A stretch of DNA of 41,879 bases from Patellaria atrata CBS 101060 (taxonomy: Eukaryota), in NCBI GenBank assembly GCA_010093705.1, contig MU006094.1:296020-337898 (forward strand), given 5' to 3'. Below, in pieces: positions 11,710 to 23,640 of this stretch. Every line of letters starts with the position of its first letter. Within the stretch, counting starts at the first letter, position 1. Below the pieces are notes generated by a model. That model was not told where the DNA came from. It did no database searches and saw only the letters and a program-made list of their open reading frames with translations. Both the position numbers and the translations under genes were made by a program.

Positions 11710-12489
11710 TCAATGCTTCTGCTTAGCTTTCTGTTCCCTCTTGCGACTCACGTACGAACTCACCCTAGTAAATGTAAGTGTCAGTTCAGGGTAATACTTA
11801 CTCGTCAAACGATCTCCTACCTTTCATGTGCTCCAAACCCCTCACAGAAAGTAGAGACTGTCCACATCCACCAGACACGACTGAAAGTAGGCACGGAGTG
11901 CTTGGAGAGTCTTGACCACATATACACCGTCTCAATTGTATGGAGTCCTACCATCAATGAGAGACCTAGCGGCTGATACTTAACCAGAGTCGGGATCAAG
12001 AACGGCGTATGTCTCCAGATATAGTCATACTGATAAGAACCAGGTTGCCAGTTACGGCGGGAGAAGAGAGCGGCATATCCAATCAAACAGAGCACAAGTA
12101 TTATAGAATGGCGTCCTTGAGGCCTCAGGTATTCCTTAAGGGTGATATCGCTCCTTTTCAGAGAAGCAGTTGCTTCTAGATCCATTGCTATGACGCGTTC
12201 TCGGGCATCTCGGAATGATTCCAGAGTGGGCTCAAAGCTGATGGAGTACTTCTTTCCATCTACATCAATGCGCATCTCATTGAGAGAGATATCGATGAGT
12301 TTTGCATTACGAGCACTGAAGGAGGAGAGGTTGTGGTAGTGTTCGACATATCGCATCACCTGGAATTCTGATTCAGTATCGGATCAGAAGAACAATCATT
12401 GTGACATTGTTCCCTACTGAATCTTGATGGTCCGCATTCATATGGGATATGATGCGTTGCTTCGCCGCGGCGTCTTTTGTATCGCCCAT
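11710..12489 (-). CDS. DUF2470-domain integral membrane protein
   Basis: MGDTKDAAAKQRIISHMNADHQDS (HMNxDH motif), introns 12360..12417 and 11765..11820, C-terminal TM helices, ends ...KAKQKH-stop. Confidence 0.85.
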
Positions 12490-13051
12490 TTTGCTCACGA
12501 CCGTCTCACGCGTGCCTAATGTTGACTGGGTGACGTGTGACGGAAAGCATTAGCTCGATGGGGATAACGCTGGATTACACTATCACGTGATCGCTTATAT
12601 AATCTCATCGACTTTCGATTCAACCTTTCATCTTTGTTCCCGTCCATCTTCGCATCAAGTTGTCAAAACTACAGAATTATTCCTGGTTATCATATCACAC
12701 TTTGTGATAAGACAAACCTATCTTTCAGCTCTCATGTTTCTGTACTTGTAGCAATCCACTACTAACGATGCTCTTATGGCTATCAAACGAATATTTTTCT
12801 AAGGTAATGATTTTTGTGCCTTGCAACTAGCTCTAAAGTCGCCATTTCCAAGTCTCGTTTACATCATGAACTACTGCAACAGCGCACGGAAACACATGCA
12901 AGTTTCTTGAAAAAGATCCTTCACTTGTATTTCCGTCATGCGCATGAAAATCTCCGATCACCTCCCACAGTGCTGCCAACTTTTGGACTCGATCTTACGG
13001 AAGGTTTAGGCGCGATCAACCGAACCGCTGAGCTAACCAACGATCACCCCA

Positions 13052-13296
13052 CACCAGGTGTGTCGGGAAATTCGTGGGACAGATCCGTGCCCACCTTAGA
13101 AACGCACTTTTCTAACTATAATTTAACAGCGTAAACACGAGGAATAATTTAAAATCAATAGTAACTATTATACTCATTATCCCTAAGTATATTCGGAATG
13201 AGTTATAGATTATTTAAACTTATTTTATAGTGTTGAGAGAGCCTTAACTTAGTAGGTGGTTTTGAGGTGTCTCACGAATTTCCGACACACCTGGTG
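13052..13296. mobile_element. 245-bp non-autonomous TIR element (MITE) with CACC- termini and a 3-bp CCA target-site duplication
   Basis: Left CACCAGGTGTGTCGGGAAATTCGTGGGACA versus right (reverse complement) CACCAGGTGTGTCGGAAATTCGTGAGACA. CCA flanks both sides (13049-51, 13297-99). AT/TpA-rich interior. Confidence 0.88.
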
Positions 13297-13708
13297 CCAC
13301 ACAAGGGAAGACCGAGAAGGTTATAGCGTGACAACGATCTCTCCAAGTGTTCCTTAAATTATGTCAAGAGACGAGGATGCAGTCCGGTTTTGTATTTCCA
13401 TGGCGTCGGTCCCCTTGGTCATGGTGCCCTGGGCTTTGCCTTGCATCATAGCGCAGACCACGCTGGTAGCTTGAATTATACACGGATCGAGGGAAGCTTG
13501 CTCGTGCCAACAACCTGCATGACTGAATTACCTAGACCTTTTCTTCTGTACGAGTCTTCTTTCTCTTGTTTTCAACTTGTTCCTAACTTGTTCCTGAACT
13601 GTACAGAAATTTCAACGCAAACATACCTTGCAAATTTCTTTAATTCAATAGCCCTTCAACACACACTTCATACATAGCACATCAAACTATATAATACATT
13701 AGTCTAAC

Positions 13709-14477
13709 ATGGCGGACGAATCCACTCAAGAGCAGCAAGCTTCAGCAGCTGCCGAGGGAAACGCACAAGGCAACGCAGCAGTTGGTGGAGGAATCGGTGC
13801 GCAGCAGTCTTCGAAGAAAACAGAGAAGAAGACACCAAAGAAACTAGGCAGTAAGAAGGAGCCTCAACAACAGCCCACACCCGATCCTGAAGGCGACGAA
13901 GCTGGTGCAGACGCAAAGGCTGATGGGCAAGCGAATGGCGCTGCAGATGATGAACCTGAACCCCAAATGCAACGAGAAGAGACTCCCGCTCCCTCAAAGA
14001 GTCGCCGACGGCAATCTCGAGGACGCGGTCGTAAGAACGTTCCCGACAGCGATACAGAGTCAATTCCACGCTCCGACGTCTCCGCTCAAGGTGGTCGCCG
14101 CAATCGTCAACGCCAAAAGAAGGGAGGAAAGGGTGGTGATGCGTTGGGAGGCATCACCGAAGACCTGCCCGGCGGAGAGCTTGTGAACGGAGCCACCGAC
14201 ACCGTTCAGGACACCGCTGGACAAGCGGTTGATCAAGTCGGCAACACTGTCGGCCAAGTTGGCGACACTGCCGGTAAGGCATTAGGCGGCCTTACCGGGG
14301 GTGGAAAAGACGAGGGTGAGGAGAAGGGCGAACAGCTCCGATTGAGATTGGAGCTCAACCTGGACATTGAAATTCAGCTGAAGGCGAAGATTCATGGTGA
14401 TCTTACTCTCGGCTTATTGTAAGTGATATCAATCTCTCATTTGTAGACTTGGTTGCTAACTTTACTCCAGGAACTAA
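13709..14477 (+). CDS. Hydrophilic LEA-like protein with conserved C-terminal LRLRLELNLDIEIQLKAKIHGDLTLGLL motif
   Basis: 237-aa ORF plus intron 14419..14470 in the last Leu codon, ending L-N-stop. Internal QVGNTVG/QVGDTAG repeats. Confidence 0.85.
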
Positions 14478-15373
14478 GAATAGACTGTACTGTACGGCTG
14501 GGGTAATGTTTGTAACATAGGTCGGACGTGAAGAGGTGTAACCAGAGTGACGCATTTCATGTTGAATACTTTTGCTATCTATCTAGTATGATAGTTCTCC
14601 AGGCGCATCTGGTTGTATCTACCCTATTTTATCTCTACTTGTGCGATTCAAAGCATTCAAAACTATCTCAATCACTGTTCCCTCACCACGGAACTCAAAT
14701 GACAATGACATTTCTGACATAATATGAAAGACGCGTAATAGTCTCCATGATACCGTAGCTCTAGCTAAAGCATACGCCGGCGAAGTGTCCGATGGTGTCT
14801 CAAATCTTCAATTTGTCATGATCATCCCATCTACCAAGTTTACTCCCCAGCACGAACTTCCAAACGTTCACGAAGCTACCCCTCTATGACATCATCTTGC
14901 CAACTTTTTATGTACGCCACAATAAGGGTCCTCTCGCTACCAGAAACAACAACAGGCCAACTTTACTAAATTTACATCCCGTCCTACTCGACTAAACTTG
15001 CACCATCGGCGCAGATCCCGCCTCGTATTTACCGTCGGTCCTGTTTTCGAGAACAAGGGGGAGGGGGGGGTGTGAGTGGGCAGTAGGAGTGCTCTAGGCT
15101 TGGGGGAGACCCATGATGTCGTTACCTCCACGCTTTCATCTCACTCCCTCTGCAGCTCTGTCTCCTCCTCGTAGTCCTCATCCTAATCCGAACCCAACTC
15201 TCTCGCCTTTCCCCTATTCTAGCCGACATTGACGACTACATCAAGCGGGAACAACTGTGACCAGACAGTTGACGACAGCGAAAAACATTGCTCATCCAGG
15301 CTATACATCCATACCCTTCACGCGCTCTTCCTCAGCCTTCTCAACCGCAACCTCGACAACGGTAACGCACACC

Positions 15374-16006
15374 ATGTCCGACACGGAGAAATCAGACTAC
15401 GAATCCGAAACCCCGCAAAAGCAACTCCAGCCCTCCGCGCAACAACAGCAAAACGAGAAACCCGCAGCCCGAACGACGCAACAGCAGCAGAAGCTCGAAA
15501 ACGCCGAGAAACAGCAGCACATCGAGTCCGGGCGGCAATCGGCGCGGTCGCGGAGCGCCTCTCGCCGCGCCCGCCGCCAGCGCATCAAAGACGGCATCGA
15601 AGCGGGGAAATACATGAAGACGAACTCGCTGGAGGCGCTGGAGGAAGCCGACGCCAGTGGGGAGCTGCAGCAGATGGGGATGTTCGAGCGGATCGGGCCG
15701 GATAGCACGTCGATGGATGGGCCGGTGACGCAGGCAAGGGCGATGAGAGGGGAGATCCCGATGAGGGGAACCGATCCGAAGCAGCCGTATCGGATGGAGC
15801 CGCAGGAGAAGAAGAGCGGGGGCCTCGATGAGACGGATGGGTTGAAGTTGAAGCTCGATGTTAATCTGGAGGTTGAGATTGAGTTGAAGGCGAGCTTGAG
15901 GGGGGATTTGACGTTGAGTTTGTTGTAAGTTTGTTCTACTATTGCTCTTTTTTTTGTTTTTTTTTTGTTTTTTTGTTTTTTCCTCCCTTTGATTTCTCCA
16001 CCTCCG

Positions 16007-16059
<53 letters not shown>

Positions 16060-16198
16060 TTTCCCCGCCCCGGGTCCCTTCTCGGCCTTTCTGGCTGATC
16101 CATCTTCCGCAGAGAATAACCGCGACACAGTGCGTGATCAAACCGACTAACCAACCCCGGATCTCGTTCGGCGTAGAGTAAGAGAGGACAGTGGTTAA
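15374..16198 (+). CDS. Paralog of the 13709 gene (C-terminal LKLKLDVNLEVEIELKASLRGDLTLSLL); last exon uncertain
   Basis: ATG at 15374 (MSDTEKSDYE). Same terminal motif and same phase-2 GTAAGT intron at 15925. Probable acceptor at 16176 after branch point GACTAAC. Confidence 0.8.
16007..16059 (+). repeat. Poly-C tract (about 53 nt) preceded by a T-rich tract, inside an intron
   Basis: Directly visible homopolymer. Confidence 0.95.
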
Positions 16199-18388
16199 TC
16201 ATCAGAGCAAGAGAACTAGAGAACGGAGTAATCGATTCTCGATTTAATTCAGTCTGTTGCATGGATGTTGCGTTCTACAGGTTCATTGGCGTTTTCGATT
16301 TTCCCGTTCGGGGAAGATAGTCATCTATAAAGTCGAACTTGTGATTATGAGGTATATGATTTTTGGTGTGTGTGTTGTTTCCTAGTTGTTGCGTGATGGT
16401 GCTACCTACCAGTCGAAACACAAACCCCTTTCTCAACAGTCCTAATGTTTGAATTTAAAACGTACAAATCATCAAACAACAAACATCTAACGCACAACAC
16501 CCTAATTACTCAACCCCCCTTTCCCTCCTTATCCTTTTGAGGAATTACACCCATATCTATACTCTACCTCCTTACCCTGCCCCTTTGCCCTACCCCCCAA
16601 AGCTCCCCCCATTCGCCTCCGCCAACAGTATCCTCAGACAAACGCCATTCTCGACCTAAATAGAAAATCTACTCAACCACCCATCAACTATCCTTGAACC
16701 CCCCAGACCCCGTGTTTCCCAGTCATAACACCAGTCAAAGGCGCAAGCGTCTCATCATCGACTGGTTCTATCAGATGAGGTCACATCGGCGGTGTGTGGT
16801 TCCCGCGGTGGTAAGGTCGGTTGCGTCGGTGGTGGTGTGGGGGGCGTGTTGAAGGGTTGGGGAGGGGGGGACGGGGAAGGGATGTGTATTTGAGGTTTGG
16901 GGCGCGTAGTGGGCGTGTGGTCGTGGATGCGTGAGGTGGGTTGTATGGTGATTCATCCTCGTTGGTATTGGTGTAAAAACTATTCCTGTACTGATCTGGG
17001 GATAGATAGCCTAGTTTCGTGATGTGCACTTGAGAGAAGGGTGCAGTTCTTAACGTCATCCTTGCGACACCACTGATTGGAGGTTCCCGAAATCGTGCAT
17101 GTAATCACACTTCCGTCTTCCGTATACTGGTTTTCGCTTGAAGGCGTCATATCGTGGTTGTGAACACTAAAAGGAGTCTATGTAGCTTAGTTCATGGTGG
17201 ATTGAATGGAACTTAGACTGTGCGTGAAGCATACGGTCAATAAATTCTATGTGGATTATCTGGTCAGGATAGTTTACCCGTAGGTATCTGTTCCGAGTAA
17301 AATCAAGAGACAAGATATGCCTACCGTAACAGGCCTAACAGACCTCCACACATTTCAAACGAGGGTAATGGTGCTTTGCGGAATAAGACTGCGTACTGTC
17401 GATTGTAAAAGTGATAATATGCTACAAATTGCAATCTTCGTGTTAAATGAGTGAAATGCAAGCTGATGCTGTTGTAATAACGATTGACGGTAAGAAATGA
17501 TATGTTGCAGTTAATTCAAAAGGAGAGTAGAGGAGAAGAACCCATATCGACAAGGCAAACCTAACAGAATATGCAATTGTACATTGAAAGCAGCTGCGAA
17601 CGGAGAAAGGGAGGACGGAAAGAGAGAATGGAGACAAGGCAATATACTCCCGAGACATTAGGTATTCTGCCATTCCGTCAGTAGAAGCATTTCGTCGAAC
17701 TATGCTGTAAATTTGAGATACAGAGATCAATTGATTGCTCTCTCATAATGCCGAGTGTCATCCAAGCTTCTAAGTTGCTGAAGGTGTAATCATCTATTAG
17801 AGTGACTGAAAATACTACAGTTAGTAAGATAGTTTCATGAGCTCACTGATCCGTACAGGGCCGAGAGAGTTCTAGATTATTATCAGTCCCAGGCCATCGG
17901 ATGATTATTTAACTCAGGAGCTGTAAGAGGATATAACTTGCACGCATGAGGAAGTAATACGGTCGTCTGTTGGAGTCACTCACCTTGAGGTATCGGGAAG
18001 GGAGACATTACCTTCTACTCCTTCCTCATCAAGGACGGCACAAACATCTTCCTCTCACCTTCCTTCTTAGTTTTGCGAAGGTGATCCCCCCATCCCATAG
18101 CTCTGCAAGCCGACTTTTCGATACTTAGACTACCAAGCTAAGGTATTCTCTTCCTAGGGAATCTTTCATGTTCTCTTAGAACAACATTCTCATCAGAATA
18201 CCACTTCTAATTCATACATCAACGGTTTCACGTGCCACAAGTCGTTATCAGTTGTTTGACCCAAACCGGCCGACTTCGCTTGAGCCGCCTACTTCTTATA
18301 TCAACCCTCTCTCACTTCTTCTGAACCTTCGCTCTCCCTCTCACCACTTTCCTTTGCAGTCATCTTCTCGCCAACACAAGTAGCAACC

Positions 18389-19612
18389 ATGGGTGGTAGA
18401 AAGGATAAACATTACTCTCACTATAAGGCTCTCGGAGCTCCTAGCCCAGCTGAGTGAGTATATCATTTTCCCTTGCTTGTCCCACTACTGACTTCTTGAG
18501 TAGGCTTGCGCGAGTTGCCATACCTGACAGGCCAGTGTACTCTCCACGTTGTAAATCCTTATGGAACGAATTACTCACTTTCACCTAGACTCAAGTGCTT
18601 CCGCTGCGAAAAGAATAAGGTCAACAGCAATTTCTCAGACAAGCAGCTCGAAGGCTTACGCATCCACATCCTCGAGAATAAGAAAAAGGGCCAACACGCA
18701 ATTACCCACCAGGTCAACTGCCGTGCTTGTACCGGTCAACAGGTGTGCGAACTTACTTGCGAGAAATGTGACAAAACCAAGAGTCTCGATGACTTTGCAA
18801 AGGCACAACGATCCAAGGGAGAAAAGGCAGTAAGTTCAACCCACACCTGATGGAGACTCAACTTAATAGGTGGTAGCGCTGCAAAAAGTGCATGGAAGCT
18901 CAGCTCAATGATGAGCCTGGAGATATAAATGGCGATACCTACAGAAATGCAGAAGAGAAGCGGTTTGACGCCGACTGGGATGATAGTGTCAGCGTAAGTT
19001 CCACTGTGACATGTCATCTCTTGGATTACTGACAAGTGCAAAGAGCGCAGGATCATCCAACTTCATTGTGAATTATGATTCTACCGGTAGCAGCCTTACT
19101 GACCTGTCAAACCTCTCTATTGGAGATCGCTCTTCATCCTCTAGCACCACTGGCTATGAAACTGATGCGACCGACGCTTCGGCTGGTGCTGAAACTAAGT
19201 ATAGTGGATATAATCCAGCGGGAACAAGTCAAGGAAAGAAGCCCGCAACTTCAGGATCGTCGGCTAACTCAGGTACATGGGCGGCTGCAGCTTCTCACAA
19301 CGGGATGCCTGAACCTAACGAGAGTTGGAATTTCGTGAGCCTGAAGACGAATTTCGGCGGCAACACGCCTACTGTCGCGGGATCAAGTCGATATGGCGGT
19401 TCCAACGTCGAGGGCTCCGTCCGGTCAGCTCGTCCTGCGACTAACAGCGGCGGGTTTGCGAAAGTTCGGGCCTACGTACGTTTTTGTCATATATTAGGTG
19501 AATCCACAACTGACTATATCTATAGAAAGTTCCCAGGGAGCCATCCCCTCCGAGTTCCTCATCATCCTCTTCCGACGAAGAAGAGGATGACGATCCGGAC
19601 TACGATATCTGA
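18389..19612 (+). CDS. Stc1-domain (tandem zinc-finger) protein, about 6 exons
   Basis: CxxC pairs in KCFRCEK...FSDKQL...NCRACTGQQVCELTCEKCDKTKSLDDFAKAQR...RCKKCME match the Stc1 domain pattern. Ser/Gly-rich tail ending DDPDYDI-TGA. Confidence 0.8.
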
Positions 19613-20330
19613 TCCGTCAATTTCTCCCTACGTCGCTTGTCGGAACGAATTATTTGGTTAAATTGACTTTCGTTTCCAATATCGAGAGACTCTGAGAATA
19701 TTGACGGCTATGAACTTCCACTGATCTCATCCAGACATTCTGTATAATGCATCCAGAAAACGGGAATCGATTTGCTCACAACATTCTTTTCTTTGGGTTC
19801 CCTGCTAGAGAATTCGAGTCGGGGATTGATAGATTTCTTATGGTTTGGTATTACCCCGGGATCATACATCACACTTTAGGCTTCAGGGCCTTTGTTCAGA
19901 TAACAATTGCGGCGGCGGTGCTTCTTTGCCTAGGCTTCATATCAGCATAAATTAAAACACTCTATGAGTAGGTCCTTCCCAATATGCACCGTGAATGCAC
20001 AACATGACGCAGAAGCCTAAAGGGTTGACTCACAGACTATGGACTTGACATATATCTTTCCTGCACACCTTAGATTTGCCTATTCGTCTGAAAGAGTGGA
20101 GTTCAACAGGACCATCATTGAAACGGACCCTCCAGCGGCAAACAATCGTCAATGAAGGAGGTGCAGACACTCAACTGATAAGGTTTAGGGAAGCGTAAAA
20201 CGTACCACGTCTCTTTCCCTACACAAAGACACTCTTCCCTCCCGTCCCCTCCGCGAAGAAGTAACCCCCTCACTTACCCATACCTTACTCAAGAACTCAA
20301 AAGTATACCCTGAATACCCAAAAACGAACC

Positions 20331-21688
20331 ATGTCTCGACATCACCCCCAACCCCCAATGTCCCTACCAACAACAACACACCACGCCCACGCAAACGAAC
20401 TCCCCAACGGCTGGATCGTCCAAAGCCACGGCTGGATGCCGTGCCAGCGCGCCATGGCATATTTCCGCCAGGGCTGGTGGGTGCTGACGTACGACGGGGT
20501 CTTCAAGAAGGGACGGCGACCGTTGTTGCGCGAGGAGTGGGGGGTCGAGGGGAATTTTGAGAGACTGGCCGAGGGGTGTGGATGTGAGTCCTTTTTTTTC
20601 TCCTTTTTATTTTGCGGTTATTTTTGGGTAGAGGAGCTGATTGGTAGATGCGTGGGGGGAGATGTTTGGGGTGGAGGGAGGGGGATGGGGGTGTTATGGT
20701 GAGTGGTTCCTGTAGGGATGGGGGGTCGTGATGGGTTGCTGACTGCTGAGGTGGTAGATGTGGAGGGTCCGCGGTACTCAGGGGTTGGAGGGAGCAAGAG
20801 TGTTTTGGGGGTTTGGCCGGAAGATAGGAGAGCGGTGTCCGGATGGGAAGGAGAGGCTTGGAATGCTCGGGAAGAAGAAGACTGGAACGTGTCGAGATGG
20901 GTATCCAAGTCTGTGGATCGGACCGATTGGACCTTCCGTGGAATTGAAAAACAGAGAAAGGGAGATAGGAAAATGTCTGGACTTGTGGAAAGAGCTTTGA
21001 GAGAGATATCTGGTAGGTTGACTGAATGAAAATGTGATGACTGAAAGGGATATACTAACAGATCATAGAGGTGAACGGTGCTGGCGGACGGTTGCGTTCA
21101 GAAGACGAATACGACGAATACACATACCGTGTTCAACCACCTCGGAGACCACAGATATATGCTCCTCAGCTACCAGTTAGAACCAGAAGCGAACGTCCGC
21201 AACCACAGCAACGACAAGCATTGCAATACAGATACGTCCCCGCTCGGGAAAGGAAGCCGGATGACCAAGACTCGAACAATGGATATTTCCAGTCTCGGGC
21301 ACCTCCACCACCATCTCGAGGAAAGGAGAATCAACGGCATCCGATTTGCAAACAGAAAGAAGATGACTCCAGTAGTGGATATTTCCACTTTCTGGCACCT
21401 CCACCACCGCCTCGGGGAAAGGAGAGCCAATCTCGTTCAATTTTCGAACAGAAAGACGACGACTCCAACAGCGGCTACTTCGGGCCTCGGGTAAGCCCAA
21501 TGCCTACCCGAGAACTAGAAAATCAGCTCCGTTCGATTCTGAAATCGAGTGACGCCTCATCAAAACGCGAGCTTCATGACGAGCAAAGGCATTATGAGCC
21601 CGATTTGGAGCATGAGGCAGCTCATTTAAGCGCCGTGAGACTGCGGGAGTATCTTGAGTCGGACTCGTCGGAAGAGAGAAAAGCTTAG
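20331..21688 (+). CDS. Hypothetical multi-exon protein; Trp/Gly-rich N-terminal half, C-terminal half with three 32-aa repeats
   Basis: GTGAGT/GTAGGT donors with CTGAT/CTGAC/CTAAC branch points at about 20585, 20699 and 21014 join the track ORFs in frame. Confidence 0.5.
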
Positions 21689-22180
21689 TATACTGGATAT
21701 GTTGAATAAGAAGCAAGACGTGATGATCAGGCTGAGATGATATCGGTAGGTAGATCTGCCAAGGATGATGTAGAATTTGGTACGGTATCCTTAGACTTAG
21801 CGTGTTCAAAGTTAACCTGAAGCAACTTAGTGCGAGAGACACCCTCTTGGAGGATGGTGGGTCTTCCAAATTAGGACATTATGCATTTCGAACTTGGAGC
21901 CATGTTTGAACGTTGTTTGATTCTTATTTCTTCTTTACATCTCTTCGATAAAGGATTTGGGTAATTCTCCCGGCACAGGCATCTAGTCTGCAATGATCCA
22001 CAAATGTTCACCTCCATAGACTCCTAGCATTCGCAATTGTTCCTCCTTTTCAAGTCAAACGCCAGAAAAATGTTTTGAAACAGCCGCACCACCTCCCGTA
22101 ACCCGCACAGTCCCTCCATTTGTACCCTTAGAAGCATTAAAATATCGTCAAGTCGTAGCATTCACAGCTTCCCGCACAGT

Positions 22181-23640
22181 TCACCTAGGTTCGTGGCTCT
22201 CGATAGTCACATCGCTCCTGAGCACTACTGTTCCGTTTTTGGGCTCTTCATCCCTCTCATTTGTTCTCGTTGGCCCGATACTGACATCATACACATTGTC
22301 ATTCAGTTCGATGAAACGGCTTGTCTCGGTGGTGGTGGTGCTGTTAGCCGTTGCTGTCAAGCTCTTTGTCATGTAAGGATCGTGTCTGAATCTCTTGGGA
22401 CGGTCTCCTGATCCGGCTGGCTCAACGTATCCTACAAGCTCGCTGGCAGTGGGTCGTCGAGGTGTGACGCTATGTCGTCGAGGATGGCGTAGAAGAGCCC
22501 CTAACTCAGGGAAGCAGACGCATAGGTTTCCGCTGGTGAGTTCGGCAGCTCTATAACAGAGGAATATTAGCAAAATATGTCTAATTTATCACAGGATCTA
22601 ATCCTTACCCCCAAAGCAGGATCTCTGGTTGCTTGTAGGTAGTATCCGGGTTCCCGCTATTCTTAAGGCGAACTACGAAACCAATTGTAGCGAAAATTGG
22701 TGCGCTGCGTTGAGTGTTACTTCATGATCCCTCCATTAGAAGGTTCGGCTTCAATTCTTACCATAAACCAAAGGTAAAGACAAGAACGACCAGTATCTTC
22801 TTTTGCTTGGACATTTGCAATTTCCATACCGCATGGACGGGTAGGAAGAGGATAAGGAAATCCGTGATGGTATTGAATGAGCCACTTGTGTTTAGTACTT
22901 TGGAAAGGTCTAAACACTCTCCAGGGATGTTCTTGTTGAAAATCTTAGCGCGTGGTTTACATTGAAATATCTTAACGAACGTCGTCGAGCCGTAAAAGCC
23001 GATAAGGATCACGATCAAAAATACAATGGATATGTCGAAAGGACTCCATCTTCGAGGGGAAAAGACGCGTCGATAAAGCCATAGAACTGCGAGCTTTGTT
23101 ACGCATATCATGACTCCATACTCTATGGCGGATACATGGAACCACTGCGCGTATAAGCATGGAGTTGATGGAAATCATCTGTGATACACACGTATGCGGC
23201 TTGATGAGCTTGCTCAGCAGTGATATCCCAACCGTGCTTGCCCCCATTATGCGACATTGTCGCAGCCATTATACCGCAATACGCGACAGTACCCGACTAG
23301 ATGGATCAGTATCTTTATATGAAGTAGAGGATCTTAAAGGAACCTTACCCATGCCATCGTGGTCAACCCTTTCTCGATGGTTAGTGGTTGTAGCTTAAGT
23401 CACATGTCGGAATTACATACAGTCTTCGAATATCCATATTCGCTTGATAAAAAGGCGAACATAAACTCGCAAAAGGAAGAATATAGTTATTAATGGAATG
23501 CAGACACCAATCGTGAGATTGCTTAAATGGCTTAAGGACTTAGGGTGCTCCGGATTTGGGATCACTCCTGGCGGAGGCTCTAAAGAAGGCTTGAAGGGCG
23601 CCGGAGTACCTGATGAAGAAGTAAAATCTGTGGCGGACAT
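22181..23640 (-). CDS. Pth11-like (fungal rhodopsin-domain) 7-TM integral membrane protein, no CFEM domain seen
   Basis: PPPGVIPN, LRVYVR, KLAVLWLYRRVF, FQCKPRAKIFN...GECLD, NTITDFLILFLPVHAVWKLQM, AELTSGNLCVCFP across several exons. Confidence 0.88.

Noticed and set aside
15392..16262. Poly-Gly and poly-Pro ORFs in the track
   Set aside because: Artefacts of the intronic poly-C tract and of antisense frames of the real plus-strand gene.
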